DNA of 40,912 nt from a virus. Taxonomy: Duplodnaviria > Caudoviricetes. Location: positions 1 through 40,912 of the IMG/VR virus record IMGVR_UViG_3300037461_000370. One strand, 5' to 3'. The notes under the pieces were generated by a model. It did no database searches, was not told the origin of the DNA, and was given only the letters and a program-made list of their open reading frames with translations. Made by a program: the position numbers and the translations under genes. This document shows, in pieces, positions 7,230 to 16,577 of this stretch. Each line of letters starts with the position of its first letter. Within the stretch, counting starts at the first letter, position 1.

Positions 7230-8640
7230 GCTACTCTACTACACCCCGTTACCTCAGCCATCGCCTATGAAGGAGTTCCATGAGTCTCCTGCTACTACCC
7301 GAGCTATATTCGGTGGTAACAGGTCAGGCAAGACTACGGCAGGCGGCCTAGAGTTCCTCATGCACGTTACTGGGATATATCCCAAGTGGTACCCAGAGGA
7401 ACAGAGGGTCAAAGGTGCTATCAAGGGTAGGATCAGCGCGGAGGACTTCACCAAGGGCGTAGGGGAAGTCATCATACCCTTCTTGGAGGAGTGGTTGGAT
7501 ATGAACCTGATAGCCAAGAAGATACGCAACCCTATGGGAGTGCCTGTGAAATGGGTTTTGAAGAATGGTTCCGTGTTTGATATTCTGACCTACGAACAGA
7601 AAACGGAGGTATTCGAAGGGTGGAAAGGGCATATTGCGTGGTTCGATGAACCGCCTCCACGGGATAAATACGTTGCTACCATGCGTGGGCTGGTAGACTT
7701 CCACGGACGCAATTGGCTTACACTTACACCTCTGACGGAACCCTGGATTTATGATGAGTTATATACCAAGCAGGATAAGAATGTAGCAGTATTCACTACA
7801 GACATACGGGATAACACAACGCTCTCGGAGGCTGCAATCAAGGATTTCGAGAGTAAACTGTCTGAGGAGGAGAAGGAAGCACGGCTTCACGGTCGCTTCC
7901 TGCACCTTTCAGGCTTGATTTACAAGGAATTCAATCCCAATGTTCATATTTGTGAACGTCCGCGTATCAAGGAGTCTTGGACAAGGTATTTTGCTATTGA
8001 CCCCCATGAACGTACTCCTACTGCCTGCCTCTGGCTAGCCGTTGACCCTCATGAGAATCACTATATTTATGATGAATTATGGCTTGACGGCATGGATTTA
8101 GAGCATATGGCCCATGCTATCCATGCTCAGGAAGGCAATATAGTCCCGAGAATCCGTCTCATAGACCCCCATATGGACAAGGAAAACGAGCTAGTCGGAG
8201 GCTTCAACGTACGCAAGGAATTGATGAAACATGGGATTTACTGTGAGCGGGGCAATTCAGACCCTCTTCTTGGCAAGTCCCGCATCAAGCATGCATTAAA
8301 ACCCCAATACAGTGCAGTCTACAAGACAGAGGTTCCTAGGCTCAGGGTAGCCAGGAACTGTACTCATACCATCTATGAGTTTGAACACTACATTTGGGAT
8401 GAATACAGGCATAGGAAGGATGAGTTTGACCCCAAGGCGACCCCGAAGAAGAAGAATGATCACTTCATGGACTGCTTGAGATATATATACAATTATGATC
8501 CGCGATACTTCCCACCAGATACAGATGAGCCAGAACCAGTGTGGGAAGGTGAGTATGTCAAGTATCCTAGTGCTAGGAGTGTGGATACGGCAGGGAGGCA
8601 TAATTATGATGAGTTAGTTGAGAGGGGAGGACAGTTTTAA
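7096..8640 (+). CDS. terL: Terminase large subunit
   Basis: Walker A GGNRSGKT, Walker B WFDEPP, motif III LTLTP, RNase H AIDPH, C-terminal NDHFMDCLRY. Confidence 0.95.
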   Translation: MNLTDSIRLQDMHLTEKEFLALTRQEQENYLKLLQDEITFRKSRRLLYYTPLPQPSPMKEFHESPATTRAIFGGNRSGKTTAGGLEFLMHVTGIYPKWYPEEQRVKGAIKGRISAEDFTKGVGEVIIPFLEEWLDMNLIAKKIRNPMGVPVKWVLKNGSVFDILTYEQKTEVFEGWKGHIAWFDEPPPRDKYVATMRGLVDFHGRNWLTLTPLTEPWIYDELYTKQDKNVAVFTTDIRDNTTLSEAAIKDFESKLSEEEKEARLHGRFLHLSGLIYKEFNPNVHICERPRIKESWTRYFAIDPHERTPTACLWLAVDPHENHYIYDELWLDGMDLEHMAHAIHAQEGNIVPRIRLIDPHMDKENELVGGFNVRKELMKHGIYCERGNSDPLLGKSRIKHALKPQYSAVYKTEVPRLRVARNCTHTIYEFEHYIWDEYRHRKDEFDPKATPKKKNDHFMDCLRYIYNYDPRYFPPDTDEPEPVWEGEYVKYPSARSVDTAGRHNYDELVERGGQF

Positions 8641-8780
8641 TGCCAGTAAACAGTAAAGTACACAGGATGTTTGAACATCTTAAATCTGCGGGCTACGATG
8701 AGGCTGCGGCCGCCAGGATAGCCCAATCTAAGACAGGCTTGTCGTTGAAGACAGGCCGTAAACCAAAAGGGAGGAAATAG
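8640..8780 (+). CDS. Small basic protein (46 aa)
   Basis: Manually translated MPVNSKVHRMFEHLKSAGYDEAAAARIAQSKTGLSLKTGRKPKGRK; TAATG coupling to terL, GGAGG RBS. Confidence 0.65.
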   Translation: MPVNSKVHRMFEHLKSAGYDEAAAARIAQSKTGLSLKTGRKPKGRK

Positions 8781-8782
8781 TC

Positions 8783-9070
8783 ATGGCAGCTGCAACAGTA
8801 ACTAAGACAGAATGGGGATTTTATGTGACAGGCGGTACGGATGCAACTACAGTTACTACCCAACAGACTTTTGTTAAGGCATTTATATTTATACCAGATG
8901 ATGATGATGATACTGTCGCTATAACTAATGGGGCTGGTACTGCGGTATTTACAACCGTTGGTGCTAATGCTGATGAAACAAAGACTATAGAATTCTTCGG
9001 TAACAGGATAGATGGTATTAAAGCTACTCTTAACGACGACGGTAACGTATTGTTAGTCCTTACTGCATAA
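8783..9070 (+). CDS. Putative small virion protein (beta-rich)
   Basis: 95 aa Thr/Gly/Ala-rich; GGAGG RBS. Confidence 0.7.
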   Translation: MAAATVTKTEWGFYVTGGTDATTVTTQQTFVKAFIFIPDDDDDTVAITNGAGTAVFTTVGANADETKTIEFFGNRIDGIKATLNDDGNVLLVLTA

Positions 9071-9393
9071 TGACATACCATCAGATTAGGGGTATAGCTG
9101 CGGTCAGTGGTGGTGTATGGTCTATGAATACTGCTTTATTTACAGGTGATTCTCTTAAGCAGGTTGTCCTCATAGCTACAACTTCGACCACTATCTTTGA
9201 TTTCACCATTGAAGACAGTTATGGCATTGAAATATTTCCTGATGAGAATGTTGATTCAACGGCCATAGAAGGTAGTCTCAACGTTACAGACTTAGCTTAC
9301 CCGCTTGTAGGTATTTATACGCTCAAGATAACTAATTCCACCAGGGATGAAGATATACAGTATTTATTGATGGTTGAGGAGGAGACAGCATGA
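9070..9393 (+). CDS. Putative small virion protein
   Basis: 107 aa, coupled TAATG start. Confidence 0.7.
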   Translation: MTYHQIRGIAAVSGGVWSMNTALFTGDSLKQVVLIATTSTTIFDFTIEDSYGIEIFPDENVDSTAIEGSLNVTDLAYPLVGIYTLKITNSTRDEDIQYLLMVEEETA

Positions 9394-9620
9394 AATTAAA
9401 ATGGACAGAGATTAAGAGGCTTATAGTTATGCCTTTTGCCAGACGCAAACAACTTAAGGATATTAGTTCTAGGATGAAGAGCGTTAAGGAGATATTGGAT
9501 AAGGAAATCATGCTTCATGAAGGGTATCTTAAACATCAGAAGAATGGTAATAGTGAATTGATGGTTGAATATAAGTTTAAACGGGATGCTCTTAGATGGG
9601 TATTAAACAAGGATGAATAA
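9390..9620 (+). CDS. Hypothetical basic protein
   Basis: 76 aa, ATGA overlap, GAGGAGG RBS. Confidence 0.65.
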   Translation: MKLKWTEIKRLIVMPFARRKQLKDISSRMKSVKEILDKEIMLHEGYLKHQKNGNSELMVEYKFKRDALRWVLNKDE

Positions 9621-9852
9621 AGAAGGTTCTCACGTAATAATCTATGATGCTAATGATAATCCTCTCTACGAGGGTTGGGCGATTAGGACAGGTGCTGATA
9701 CTTCGCAGGCAGTATGGAAGATGGTAAAATATATTTGGGTGGCTGGTACATCTGAACAGACTATGGTAGAGGAGGCCTGGGCAGACGGCAACCATCTCTA
9801 TGATAATATTTGGGATAACAGGGCTGCATTAACTTATATACAGGCGGTGTAA
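9613..9852 (+). CDS. Phage hypothetical protein, Trp-rich
   Basis: YEGWA..GADTSQAVW...WADGN..YDNIWDNRAALTY; overlaps upstream stop. Confidence 0.7.
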   Translation: MNKEGSHVIIYDANDNPLYEGWAIRTGADTSQAVWKMVKYIWVAGTSEQTMVEEAWADGNHLYDNIWDNRAALTYIQAV

Positions 9853-9853
9853 T

Positions 9854-10090
9854 ATGGCGTGGAAATATAATCCTTTTCTTGGTACGAAGACTAAATTAGA
9901 TGCTGTGCAAGGTCTCTCCGTACTGGATGGGAGATATCTTAAACTTGATTGTTCTAATGATCCGCTTACGGAGCAATTAGTGATTAATCTTACCACGCCT
10001 GGTGTAGGCGATTGTGGACAAACTGCATTAAAAGTTAATGGTGATATTTGTATCAAAGCAGGTAATAGATTAATAATGGATGGTAGTTAA
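9854..10090 (+). CDS. Short fibre-like/adaptor virion protein
   Basis: N-terminal KYNPFLG..LD and RYLKLD.SNDPLT resemble fibre N-termini; C-terminus GNRLIMDGS. Confidence 0.6.
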   Translation: MAWKYNPFLGTKTKLDAVQGLSVLDGRYLKLDCSNDPLTEQLVINLTTPGVGDCGQTALKVNGDICIKAGNRLIMDGS

Positions 10091-11526
10091 TGGCTACAAC
10101 TTATCCAGGCAGTCAACAGACATTTACGAATCCAACAGCTAGTGATCCTTTAAATAGTCCTTCTCATTCAGGTAATCATACGCTTATAGAGGATACGGTA
10201 GAGGCATTACAGGCAACAATAGGTTACACAGGTTCCTTTAACTTCGCTACTAATGAATTAGATAATTTAGGCACTGTAGCTTGTAATACTAGCCTTGTTT
10301 CAGATACAGATTCTACTGATAACTTAGGTAGTATACTGAAATATTGGGCTAATACTTACACAGATGCCTTGTATCTCAACTCTACAGCTTATTTCTCTGG
10401 TTCTGGTGCTGGTGTAGCAGCCTTGACTGGGAAACTGACAGTAGATCATATAGGGGAAACTACTGGTGCACACGGTGTGCAATTTGATAGTTTAGTAGGC
10501 ATAAATATAGCAGCAGATGATAATATACCCCTAAACGTATCAGGTGGTAATGATAATCAAGCAGCCTTCATTGCTTTTACTGCTACAAACGCTGGAACAG
10601 GCGGAATAGCTTTGGGTGGATATACTTCTACTACAGGTGCAAAGGGAAGTACAAGGAATGTTTATGGTCTGCAATATGGTAACTGGTGGGGATTTAATGT
10701 TGGTGCGGTTGGTGATGCTTATCTTAATCATTATGGAGCAGATGTAGCTGGCAGTATTAGTTATGCTTCTGGTGCTGGTGGATTTACAACACTAAATTCA
10801 ATCGGTATCAGAGCCAATGGATATAGCAACTCTATGGGTGGTAGTTATTGTGAATATGCCACCTCTACTAATGCTATCGGTGGAAAGTTTAGTGCTATTG
10901 ATGGCAATGGTGGAGCTAATAATATAACTATTACTAATGCCTATGGAGTATACATATATTCAGTCCTCAATGATGCAGACCATCTTATTACAAACGATTA
11001 CCAGGAATATATAGAAGCACCAGCTAATACTGCTTCAACTAATAGATACCAATTAGTCTTAGCTGGTACAGGAACAGGTACAGGACTTTGGTTAGGTGGT
11101 ACAAGCAGTAATTCAAGACTCTATATGTCTGCTGCTTCTGTATTAGATTTAGATATAGGCGGAACTACCATATTACAAATATCTGCTAATGGTTTTGGTT
11201 ATTCAGCTGGTGGTAGCACAGTAACTCAAATAACAAGCAAATCTACTACTGTAACCATTAACGCCGTATGTGGAACTATTACTACACACAATGCTGCTTT
11301 AGCTGCAGCGACTATAGTTTCTTTTCAAGTTACCAATAGCAAAGTGGCAGCCACTGATGTAATCCATGTTCAGCATGATAGTGGTGGAACACTCGGTTCT
11401 TATACAATAAATCCAAGTGGTTCAGCAGCAGGGCATTTTCATATAGACATAAGAAACAATACAGCAGGTAGTTTAAGTGAAGCATTGGTTATAAGATTTG
11501 CAGTTATTAAAGCAGTAGCAGCATAA
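10090..11526 (+). CDS. Putative fibre/spike protein
   Basis: 478 aa Gly/Thr/Ser/Asn-rich. N-terminal TYP...FTNP...H...DTVEALQATIG anchor-like segment, fibre-like DSTDNLGSILKYWANTYTD, beta-rich C-terminal domain. Confidence 0.7.
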   Translation: MATTYPGSQQTFTNPTASDPLNSPSHSGNHTLIEDTVEALQATIGYTGSFNFATNELDNLGTVACNTSLVSDTDSTDNLGSILKYWANTYTDALYLNSTAYFSGSGAGVAALTGKLTVDHIGETTGAHGVQFDSLVGINIAADDNIPLNVSGGNDNQAAFIAFTATNAGTGGIALGGYTSTTGAKGSTRNVYGLQYGNWWGFNVGAVGDAYLNHYGADVAGSISYASGAGGFTTLNSIGIRANGYSNSMGGSYCEYATSTNAIGGKFSAIDGNGGANNITITNAYGVYIYSVLNDADHLITNDYQEYIEAPANTASTNRYQLVLAGTGTGTGLWLGGTSSNSRLYMSAASVLDLDIGGTTILQISANGFGYSAGGSTVTQITSKSTTVTINAVCGTITTHNAALAAATIVSFQVTNSKVAATDVIHVQHDSGGTLGSYTINPSGSAAGHFHIDIRNNTAGSLSEALVIRFAVIKAVAA

Positions 11527-11537
11527 AGGAGAATAAA

Positions 11538-11816
11538 ATGGCTTGGTCAGTAGAGAAGGAGAATAAGTTAATTGATTTGATGCGTGAAAGAAGTCAGGTT
11601 GAAGCTAATATGCCACAGTTTAAAACATGGTCAATCAAGGAATCTTGGTATATGACTCTGATGAAGAATATGAAAGAAGATGAGAAACAGGCTATGTTGG
11701 ATGCTTTATTAGTGGATAGACGTGTTGTGGAAGAAAAGTTACTCATAGATAAACAAGCAGAGATAGATTCGCTAAATGCGACAATAACTGCGGAAGATAC
11801 AATGAAAACACCTTAA
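11538..11816 (+). CDS. Coiled-coil protein, possible fibre chaperone
   Basis: 92 aa helical, follows fibre gene; AAGGAG RBS. Confidence 0.55.
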   Translation: MAWSVEKENKLIDLMRERSQVEANMPQFKTWSIKESWYMTLMKNMKEDEKQAMLDALLVDRRVVEEKLLIDKQAEIDSLNATITAEDTMKTP

Positions 11817-11819
11817 TGA

Positions 11820-14800
11820 ATGGCCATACAATATGATGAATCTACAGTTACTTATGATGATGCTGATTACACGTATGACGGGGAAGCTCTTATCAGTAGT
11901 TCAAGCAGTTCCCGTTCTTCCTCATCTTCTAGATCGTCCTCATCAAGTAGCTCTAGGTCAAGTTCTAGCAGTTCCAGTTCTAGCTCCAAATCGTCTAGCT
12001 CGTCATCTTCCAGTAGGAGTAGTTCTAGTTCCAGTTCTGTATCTAGCTCTTCATCGAGCAGCTCTAAGTCTTCTTCCTCAAGCAGTTCTATATCAAGTTC
12101 CAGTTCAAGCAGTTCTAAATCATCTAGCAGTTCATCAAGCGTGTCTAGCAGTTCTTCAAGTTCTAGTAAGTCTAGTTCTAGCTCAAGTTCTATTTCATCT
12201 TCTTCATCTAGTTCGAGTAGTTCTAGCAAATCATCATCAAGTAGCAGTTCAATATCGTCATCCAGTAGTTCTAGTTCAAAGAGTAGTAGTTCTAGTAGCT
12301 CTAAGAGTTCAAGTTCTTCGTCAAGTAGTGAGTCTTCTTCTTCGTCAAGCTCTGTGTCGTCTTCAAGTAGTAAGTCATCATCTAGCTCATCTAGTAAATC
12401 GTCCAGCTCTTCTAGTTCTAGCAGTTCAAAGAGCAGTAGTTCATCAAGTTCTGTTAGTTCATCAAGTAGTAAGTCGAGTAGTTCATCTAGTTCTGTTAGC
12501 TCATCTAGTTCATCTTCTAGCAAATCGTCCAGTAGTAGCAGTTCAGTATCTTCGTCAAGTAGTAGTTCGAGCAAGAGTTCTTCTTCTTCGAGTTCTAAGA
12601 GTTCTAGTTCTTCATCCAGTAGCGCGTATAGTTCGTCATCATCTAGGTCTAGCTCTAGTTCATCTAATAGCAGTTCGAGTAGTTCAAGTTCTAAATCATC
12701 TAGCAGCAATAGTTCAAGTTCCAGTAAGTCATCTTCAAGCTCTGTATCATCGTCAAGCTCAAGTTCTAAATCATCCAGTTCAAGTTCTAGTAGCGCGTCA
12801 TCTTCAAGCAGTAGTTCTAAGTCTTCATCAAGCTCATCTAGTTCTAAATCGAGTAGTTCAGCAAGTTCCAAGAGTTCTAGCTCCTCAGTATCGAGTTCAA
12901 GTAGTAGCAGTAAGTCAAGTTCTTCATCTTCTAGCTCTGTATCTTCATCTAGTTCTAGTAGCGTTAGTTCGTCTAGCTCGAGTAGTAGTAGGAGTAGTTC
13001 ATCTAGTAGTAGTAAATCTAGTTCATCGTCTAGTAGTAGTTCATCAAGTAGTTCTTCCAAGAGTTCATCATCATCTAGTTCAAGCTCATCAAGGAGTAGT
13101 TCTAGTTCGAGCAAGAGTTCTTCGAGCTCGTCAAGTTCATCTAGCAAGAGTAGCTCAAGTTCATCTAAGAGTTCTTCTAGCATGTCAAGTTCCAGTGTGT
13201 CTTCAAGCTCCAGTAGTTCTAGTTCGAGTAAGTCATCTAGTAGTTCAAGTAAATCAAGTTCGAGTTCATCATCATCTTCAAGTAAATCATCATCTTCTTC
13301 ATCATCAAGTAGATCGTCTAGTTCAAGTAGCAGTAAATCAAGTTCAAGTTCTAGTTCAAGTAAATCATCTTCATCAAGTTCTAGTGTGTCTAGTTCATCG
13401 AGTTCTAGTTCAAGTAAAAGTTCTAGCAGTTCCAGTTCTGTATCTAGTAGTTCTTCTAAGTCTAGCAGTTCATCTAAATCCAGTTCATCTAGTTCTAGCA
13501 GTAGTGCTTATAGTAGTTCTAGTTCATCTAAATCATCATCATCTAGTAAGTCGTCTAGTTCGAGTTCAAGAAGTTCCAGTAGCTCATCAAGTAGTAAATC
13601 CAGTAGTTCTTCCTCATCATCTAGTAAATCTAGTTCATCAAGTAGCTCTAAATCAAGCTCTTCTTCTTCGTCTTCCAGGAGTTCATCAAGCTCCAGTTCG
13701 AGTTCATCAAGGAGTAGCTCAAGTTCAAGTAAGAGTAGCTCAAGTTCTTCTAGTTCTTCAAGCTCTTCAAGCCAAAGTAGTTCATCAAGCAGTAGTTCTA
13801 GGAGTTCATCTTCATCATCTAGTAAATCAAGTAGCTCGAGCAGTAGTAGTAAATCGAGCTCCAGCAGTAGTTCTAGATCATCAAGTAGCTCATCTAAATC
13901 ATCATCTAGCTCATCTAGCTCATCTAGCTCATCGCGTAGTTCATCAAGCTCTAGTAGCAAGAGTTCATCTTTGTCATCCTCTAGTCAGTCTAGTTCAAGT
14001 TCTAGCAGTAAATCTAGTTCGTCTTCGTCTAGTTCTAGGAGTTCAAGCAGCCGTAGTTCAAGTAGTTCAAAGAGCTCATCATCTAGTTCTAGCAAATCAT
14101 CATCAAGTAGTTCATCATCTGAATCGAGTTCAAGTTCTTCTAGCAAGAGTAGCTCAAGCAGTTCGAGTTCATCTAGTTCCAGTAAATCTAGTAGCAGTTC
14201 GAGTAAATCTAGCAGTAGTTCGTCATCTTCATCGAGTCAGAGTTCATCATCTTCGTCATCTTCATCATCAAGTTCCCAATCTTCGTCATCTAGTTCTAGG
14301 TCATCGTCATCATCAAGTTCTAAATCTAGTTCCAGCTCTTCGAGCAGTAGTTCATCAAGTAAAAGTAGTAGTAGTTCGTCTAAATCATCTTCATCTAGTT
14401 CCAGTAAATCTAGTTCTAGCTCTAGCTCAAGTAGTAGGAGCTCTAGTTCATCGAGTTCTAAATCTAGTTCTTCGTCTAGGAGTTCTTCTAGTTCCAGTTC
14501 CAGTAGTGCTTATAGCAGTTCATCTTCATCCAAATCGTCTTCATCGAGTAGGTCAAGTAGTTCATCAAGCTCAAGTTCTAAGAGCTCGTCTAGTAGTAGA
14601 TCTTCAAGCAGTTCGAGCAGTTCATCTTCATCTAGGTCATCTAGTTCATCAAGTAGTAAGTCGAGCTCAAGTAGTAGCAAGTCAAGTTCGAGTAGCAGTT
14701 CATCATCTAAATCATCATCGTCTAGCAGTAGTAAATCCAGTTCAAGTTCTAGATCGTCCAGTAGTTCGTCTTCTAGGAGTAGTTCGTCATCTTCTTCATC

Positions 14801-16577
14801 TAAGTCCAGTTCTAGTAGTTCTTCATCATCAAGTAGATCATCTTCTAGTTCAAGTAAATCAAGCAGTTCAAGTAGTTCGAAATCAAGTAGTTCATCTAGC
14901 TCGTCTTCATCTAAATCAAGTAGTTCATCTAGCTCGAAATCTAGTTCTTCAAGTAAGTCTTCAAGTTCTAGTTCTTCTAGGAGTTCTAGTTCATCAAGCA
15001 GGTCGTCTAGTAGTTCGTCAAGCAGTTCGAAGTCATCTAGTAGTTCTTCATCTAGGTCAAGTAGCTCTTCGTCTAAGTCAAGTAGCTCATCTAGTAAATC
15101 TAGTTCCAGTTCTTCGAGCCGTAGTTCGTCAAGCAGTAAGTCTAGTTCATCTTCTTCATCAAGCAGTGCTTTTAGTTCGTCTAGTTCTAAATCCAGTTCT
15201 AGTTCTAGCAGGAGCAGTTCAAGCAGTAAATCTAGTTCAAGTTCCAGCAGGAGTTCTAGCTCCAGTAGTTCCAGCAGTAGTAAATCATCCTCTAGCTCTA
15301 GTAAGTCTTCTAGTTCTAGGAGTTCCAGTAGTTCTTCGTCTTCATCCAGTAAATCTAGTTTATCATCTTCCAGCAGTTCCAGCAGGTCAAGCAGTAGTTC
15401 CAGTAAGTCAAGCAGCAGTAGTTCATCCAGTAGTAGGTCATCAAGCAGTTCATCATCTAAGTCGAGTTCAAGTTCATCAAGTTCTAGATCAAGCTCATCG
15501 AGTAGCAGTAAATCAAGTTCATCAAGTTCTCGTAGTTCTTCTAGCTCTAGCTCTTCATCCAGTAAATCAAGTTCAAGTTCTTCTAGAAGTTCATCTTCTA
15601 GTTCTAGGTCTAGCTCTAGTTCATCTAGTAAATCTTCCAGTAGTTCATCCAGTAGTTCGTCATCTAAATCTAGTTCAAGTTCATCCAGTAAATCTAGTTC
15701 AAGTTCTAAATCCAGTTCGTCATCTTCGAGTAAGTCTAGTTCATCTTCTAGCTCAAGCCGTAGTTCTAGTTCAAGCAGTTCTAAATCTAGTTCCAGTTCT
15801 AGCAAATCCAGTTCAAGTTCATCTTCTAAATCTAGTTCCAGCTCTTCTAAATCCAGTTCGTCTAGCAGTTCTAGTAGGAGTTCTAGCTCTAGTTCTTCCA
15901 GCAGTGCTTATAGTTCGTCGTCTTCGTCTAAGTCAAGTAGTTCCAGCAAATCTAGCTCAAGTAGTTCAAGCAGTTCTAGGAGTTCAAGTTCAAGTAGAAG
16001 TTCCAGTTCATCATCAAGTAGCTCCAGTAAATCAAGTTCAAGTAGTTCCAGAAGTAGCAGTTCATCTTCATCCAGAAGTTCATCAAGTAGTAAGTCTAGT
16101 TCGTCGTCTAGTTCCAGCAGTTCGAGGTCGTCTAGCTCTAGTTCTAAATCAAGCAGTTCGAGTTCTAAATCTAGTAGTTCTAGGAGTAGTTCATCTTCTA
16201 GAAGTAGTTCTTCGTCTAAATCTAGTTCGTCTTCTTCAAGCAAGTCATCAAGTGAATCTAGTTCAAGCTCTAGCAGATCATCTAGCTCAAGCAGTTCATT
16301 TAGTAGTAGGTCAAGTTCATCAAGTAGTAGGTCAAGTTCATCTTCATCTAGTAAATCTTCTAGCAGTAGTTCTAGCTCGAGTAGTAGTTCGCATTCAAGT
16401 AGTAGTTCAAGCAGTTCTAGTTCTAGCGCGGGTAGTTCTTCATCTTCACGCAGTTCAAGTAGTTCATCTTCATCGTCCAGTATATCGAGTTCAAGTAGCA
16501 GGAGTTCAATCAGTATCAGCAGCAGTTCGTCCAGTGTGGCTGCATATGGGTTTAGGATAATATTCGATGGTGCGTAA
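11820..16577 (+). CDS. Giant poly-serine protein 1 (1585 aa), putative glycosylated virion filament
   Basis: 25-aa head MAIQYDESTVTYDDADYTYDGEALI, about 1547 codons of Ser runs punctuated by K/R (11895-16535), 13-aa tail VAAYGFRIIFDGA. No stop over 4.7 kb; stop overlaps the next start. Confidence 0.85.
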   Translation: MAIQYDESTVTYDDADYTYDGEALISSSSSSRSSSSSRSSSSSSSRSSSSSSSSSSKSSSSSSSSRSSSSSSSVSSSSSSSSKSSSSSSSISSSSSSSSKSSSSSSSVSSSSSSSSKSSSSSSSISSSSSSSSSSSKSSSSSSSISSSSSSSSKSSSSSSSKSSSSSSSSESSSSSSSVSSSSSKSSSSSSSKSSSSSSSSSSKSSSSSSSVSSSSSKSSSSSSSVSSSSSSSSKSSSSSSSVSSSSSSSSKSSSSSSSKSSSSSSSSAYSSSSSRSSSSSSNSSSSSSSSKSSSSNSSSSSKSSSSSVSSSSSSSKSSSSSSSSASSSSSSSKSSSSSSSSKSSSSASSKSSSSSVSSSSSSSKSSSSSSSSVSSSSSSSVSSSSSSSSRSSSSSSSKSSSSSSSSSSSSSSKSSSSSSSSSSRSSSSSSKSSSSSSSSSSKSSSSSSKSSSSMSSSSVSSSSSSSSSSKSSSSSSKSSSSSSSSSSKSSSSSSSSRSSSSSSSKSSSSSSSSKSSSSSSSVSSSSSSSSSKSSSSSSSVSSSSSKSSSSSKSSSSSSSSSAYSSSSSSKSSSSSKSSSSSSRSSSSSSSSKSSSSSSSSSKSSSSSSSKSSSSSSSSRSSSSSSSSSSRSSSSSSKSSSSSSSSSSSSSQSSSSSSSSRSSSSSSSKSSSSSSSSKSSSSSSSRSSSSSSKSSSSSSSSSSSSRSSSSSSSKSSSLSSSSQSSSSSSSKSSSSSSSSRSSSSRSSSSSKSSSSSSSKSSSSSSSSESSSSSSSKSSSSSSSSSSSSKSSSSSSKSSSSSSSSSSQSSSSSSSSSSSSQSSSSSSRSSSSSSSKSSSSSSSSSSSSKSSSSSSKSSSSSSSKSSSSSSSSSRSSSSSSSKSSSSSRSSSSSSSSSAYSSSSSSKSSSSSRSSSSSSSSSKSSSSSRSSSSSSSSSSSRSSSSSSSKSSSSSSKSSSSSSSSSKSSSSSSSKSSSSSRSSSSSSSRSSSSSSSSKSSSSSSSSSSRSSSSSSKSSSSSSSKSSSSSSSSSSKSSSSSSSKSSSSSKSSSSSSSRSSSSSSRSSSSSSSSSKSSSSSSSRSSSSSSKSSSSSSKSSSSSSSRSSSSSKSSSSSSSSSAFSSSSSKSSSSSSRSSSSSKSSSSSSRSSSSSSSSSSKSSSSSSKSSSSRSSSSSSSSSSKSSLSSSSSSSRSSSSSSKSSSSSSSSSRSSSSSSSKSSSSSSSSRSSSSSSSKSSSSSSRSSSSSSSSSSKSSSSSSRSSSSSSRSSSSSSSKSSSSSSSSSSSKSSSSSSSKSSSSSKSSSSSSSKSSSSSSSSRSSSSSSSKSSSSSSKSSSSSSSKSSSSSSKSSSSSSSSRSSSSSSSSSAYSSSSSSKSSSSSKSSSSSSSSSRSSSSSRSSSSSSSSSSKSSSSSSRSSSSSSSRSSSSSKSSSSSSSSSSRSSSSSSKSSSSSSKSSSSRSSSSSRSSSSSKSSSSSSSKSSSESSSSSSRSSSSSSSFSSRSSSSSSRSSSSSSSKSSSSSSSSSSSSHSSSSSSSSSSSAGSSSSSRSSSSSSSSSSISSSSSRSSISISSSSSSVAAYGFRIIFDGA
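11895..16535 (+). repeat. Low-complexity Ser-codon tract
   Basis: Mixed TCN/AGY codons, no single tandem unit. Confidence 0.95.

Noticed and set aside
11867-16243. Long Leu/Glu/Asp-rich ORFs on the minus strand (also 23470-24849)
   Set aside because: Antisense shadows of Ser codons; fragmented by stops, no RBS, opposite to the operon.
11895-16535. Possible CRISPR array, satellite or assembly artefact
   Set aside because: No constant repeat with unique spacers and no fixed unit; frame kept with mixed Ser codons and coupled to neighbours. Long reads would still be the final check.
11820-16577. Tape measure protein or bacterial SRRP adhesin
   Set aside because: No helical TMP repeats and no tail tube genes; no signal peptide, LPXTG or secA2/secY2.
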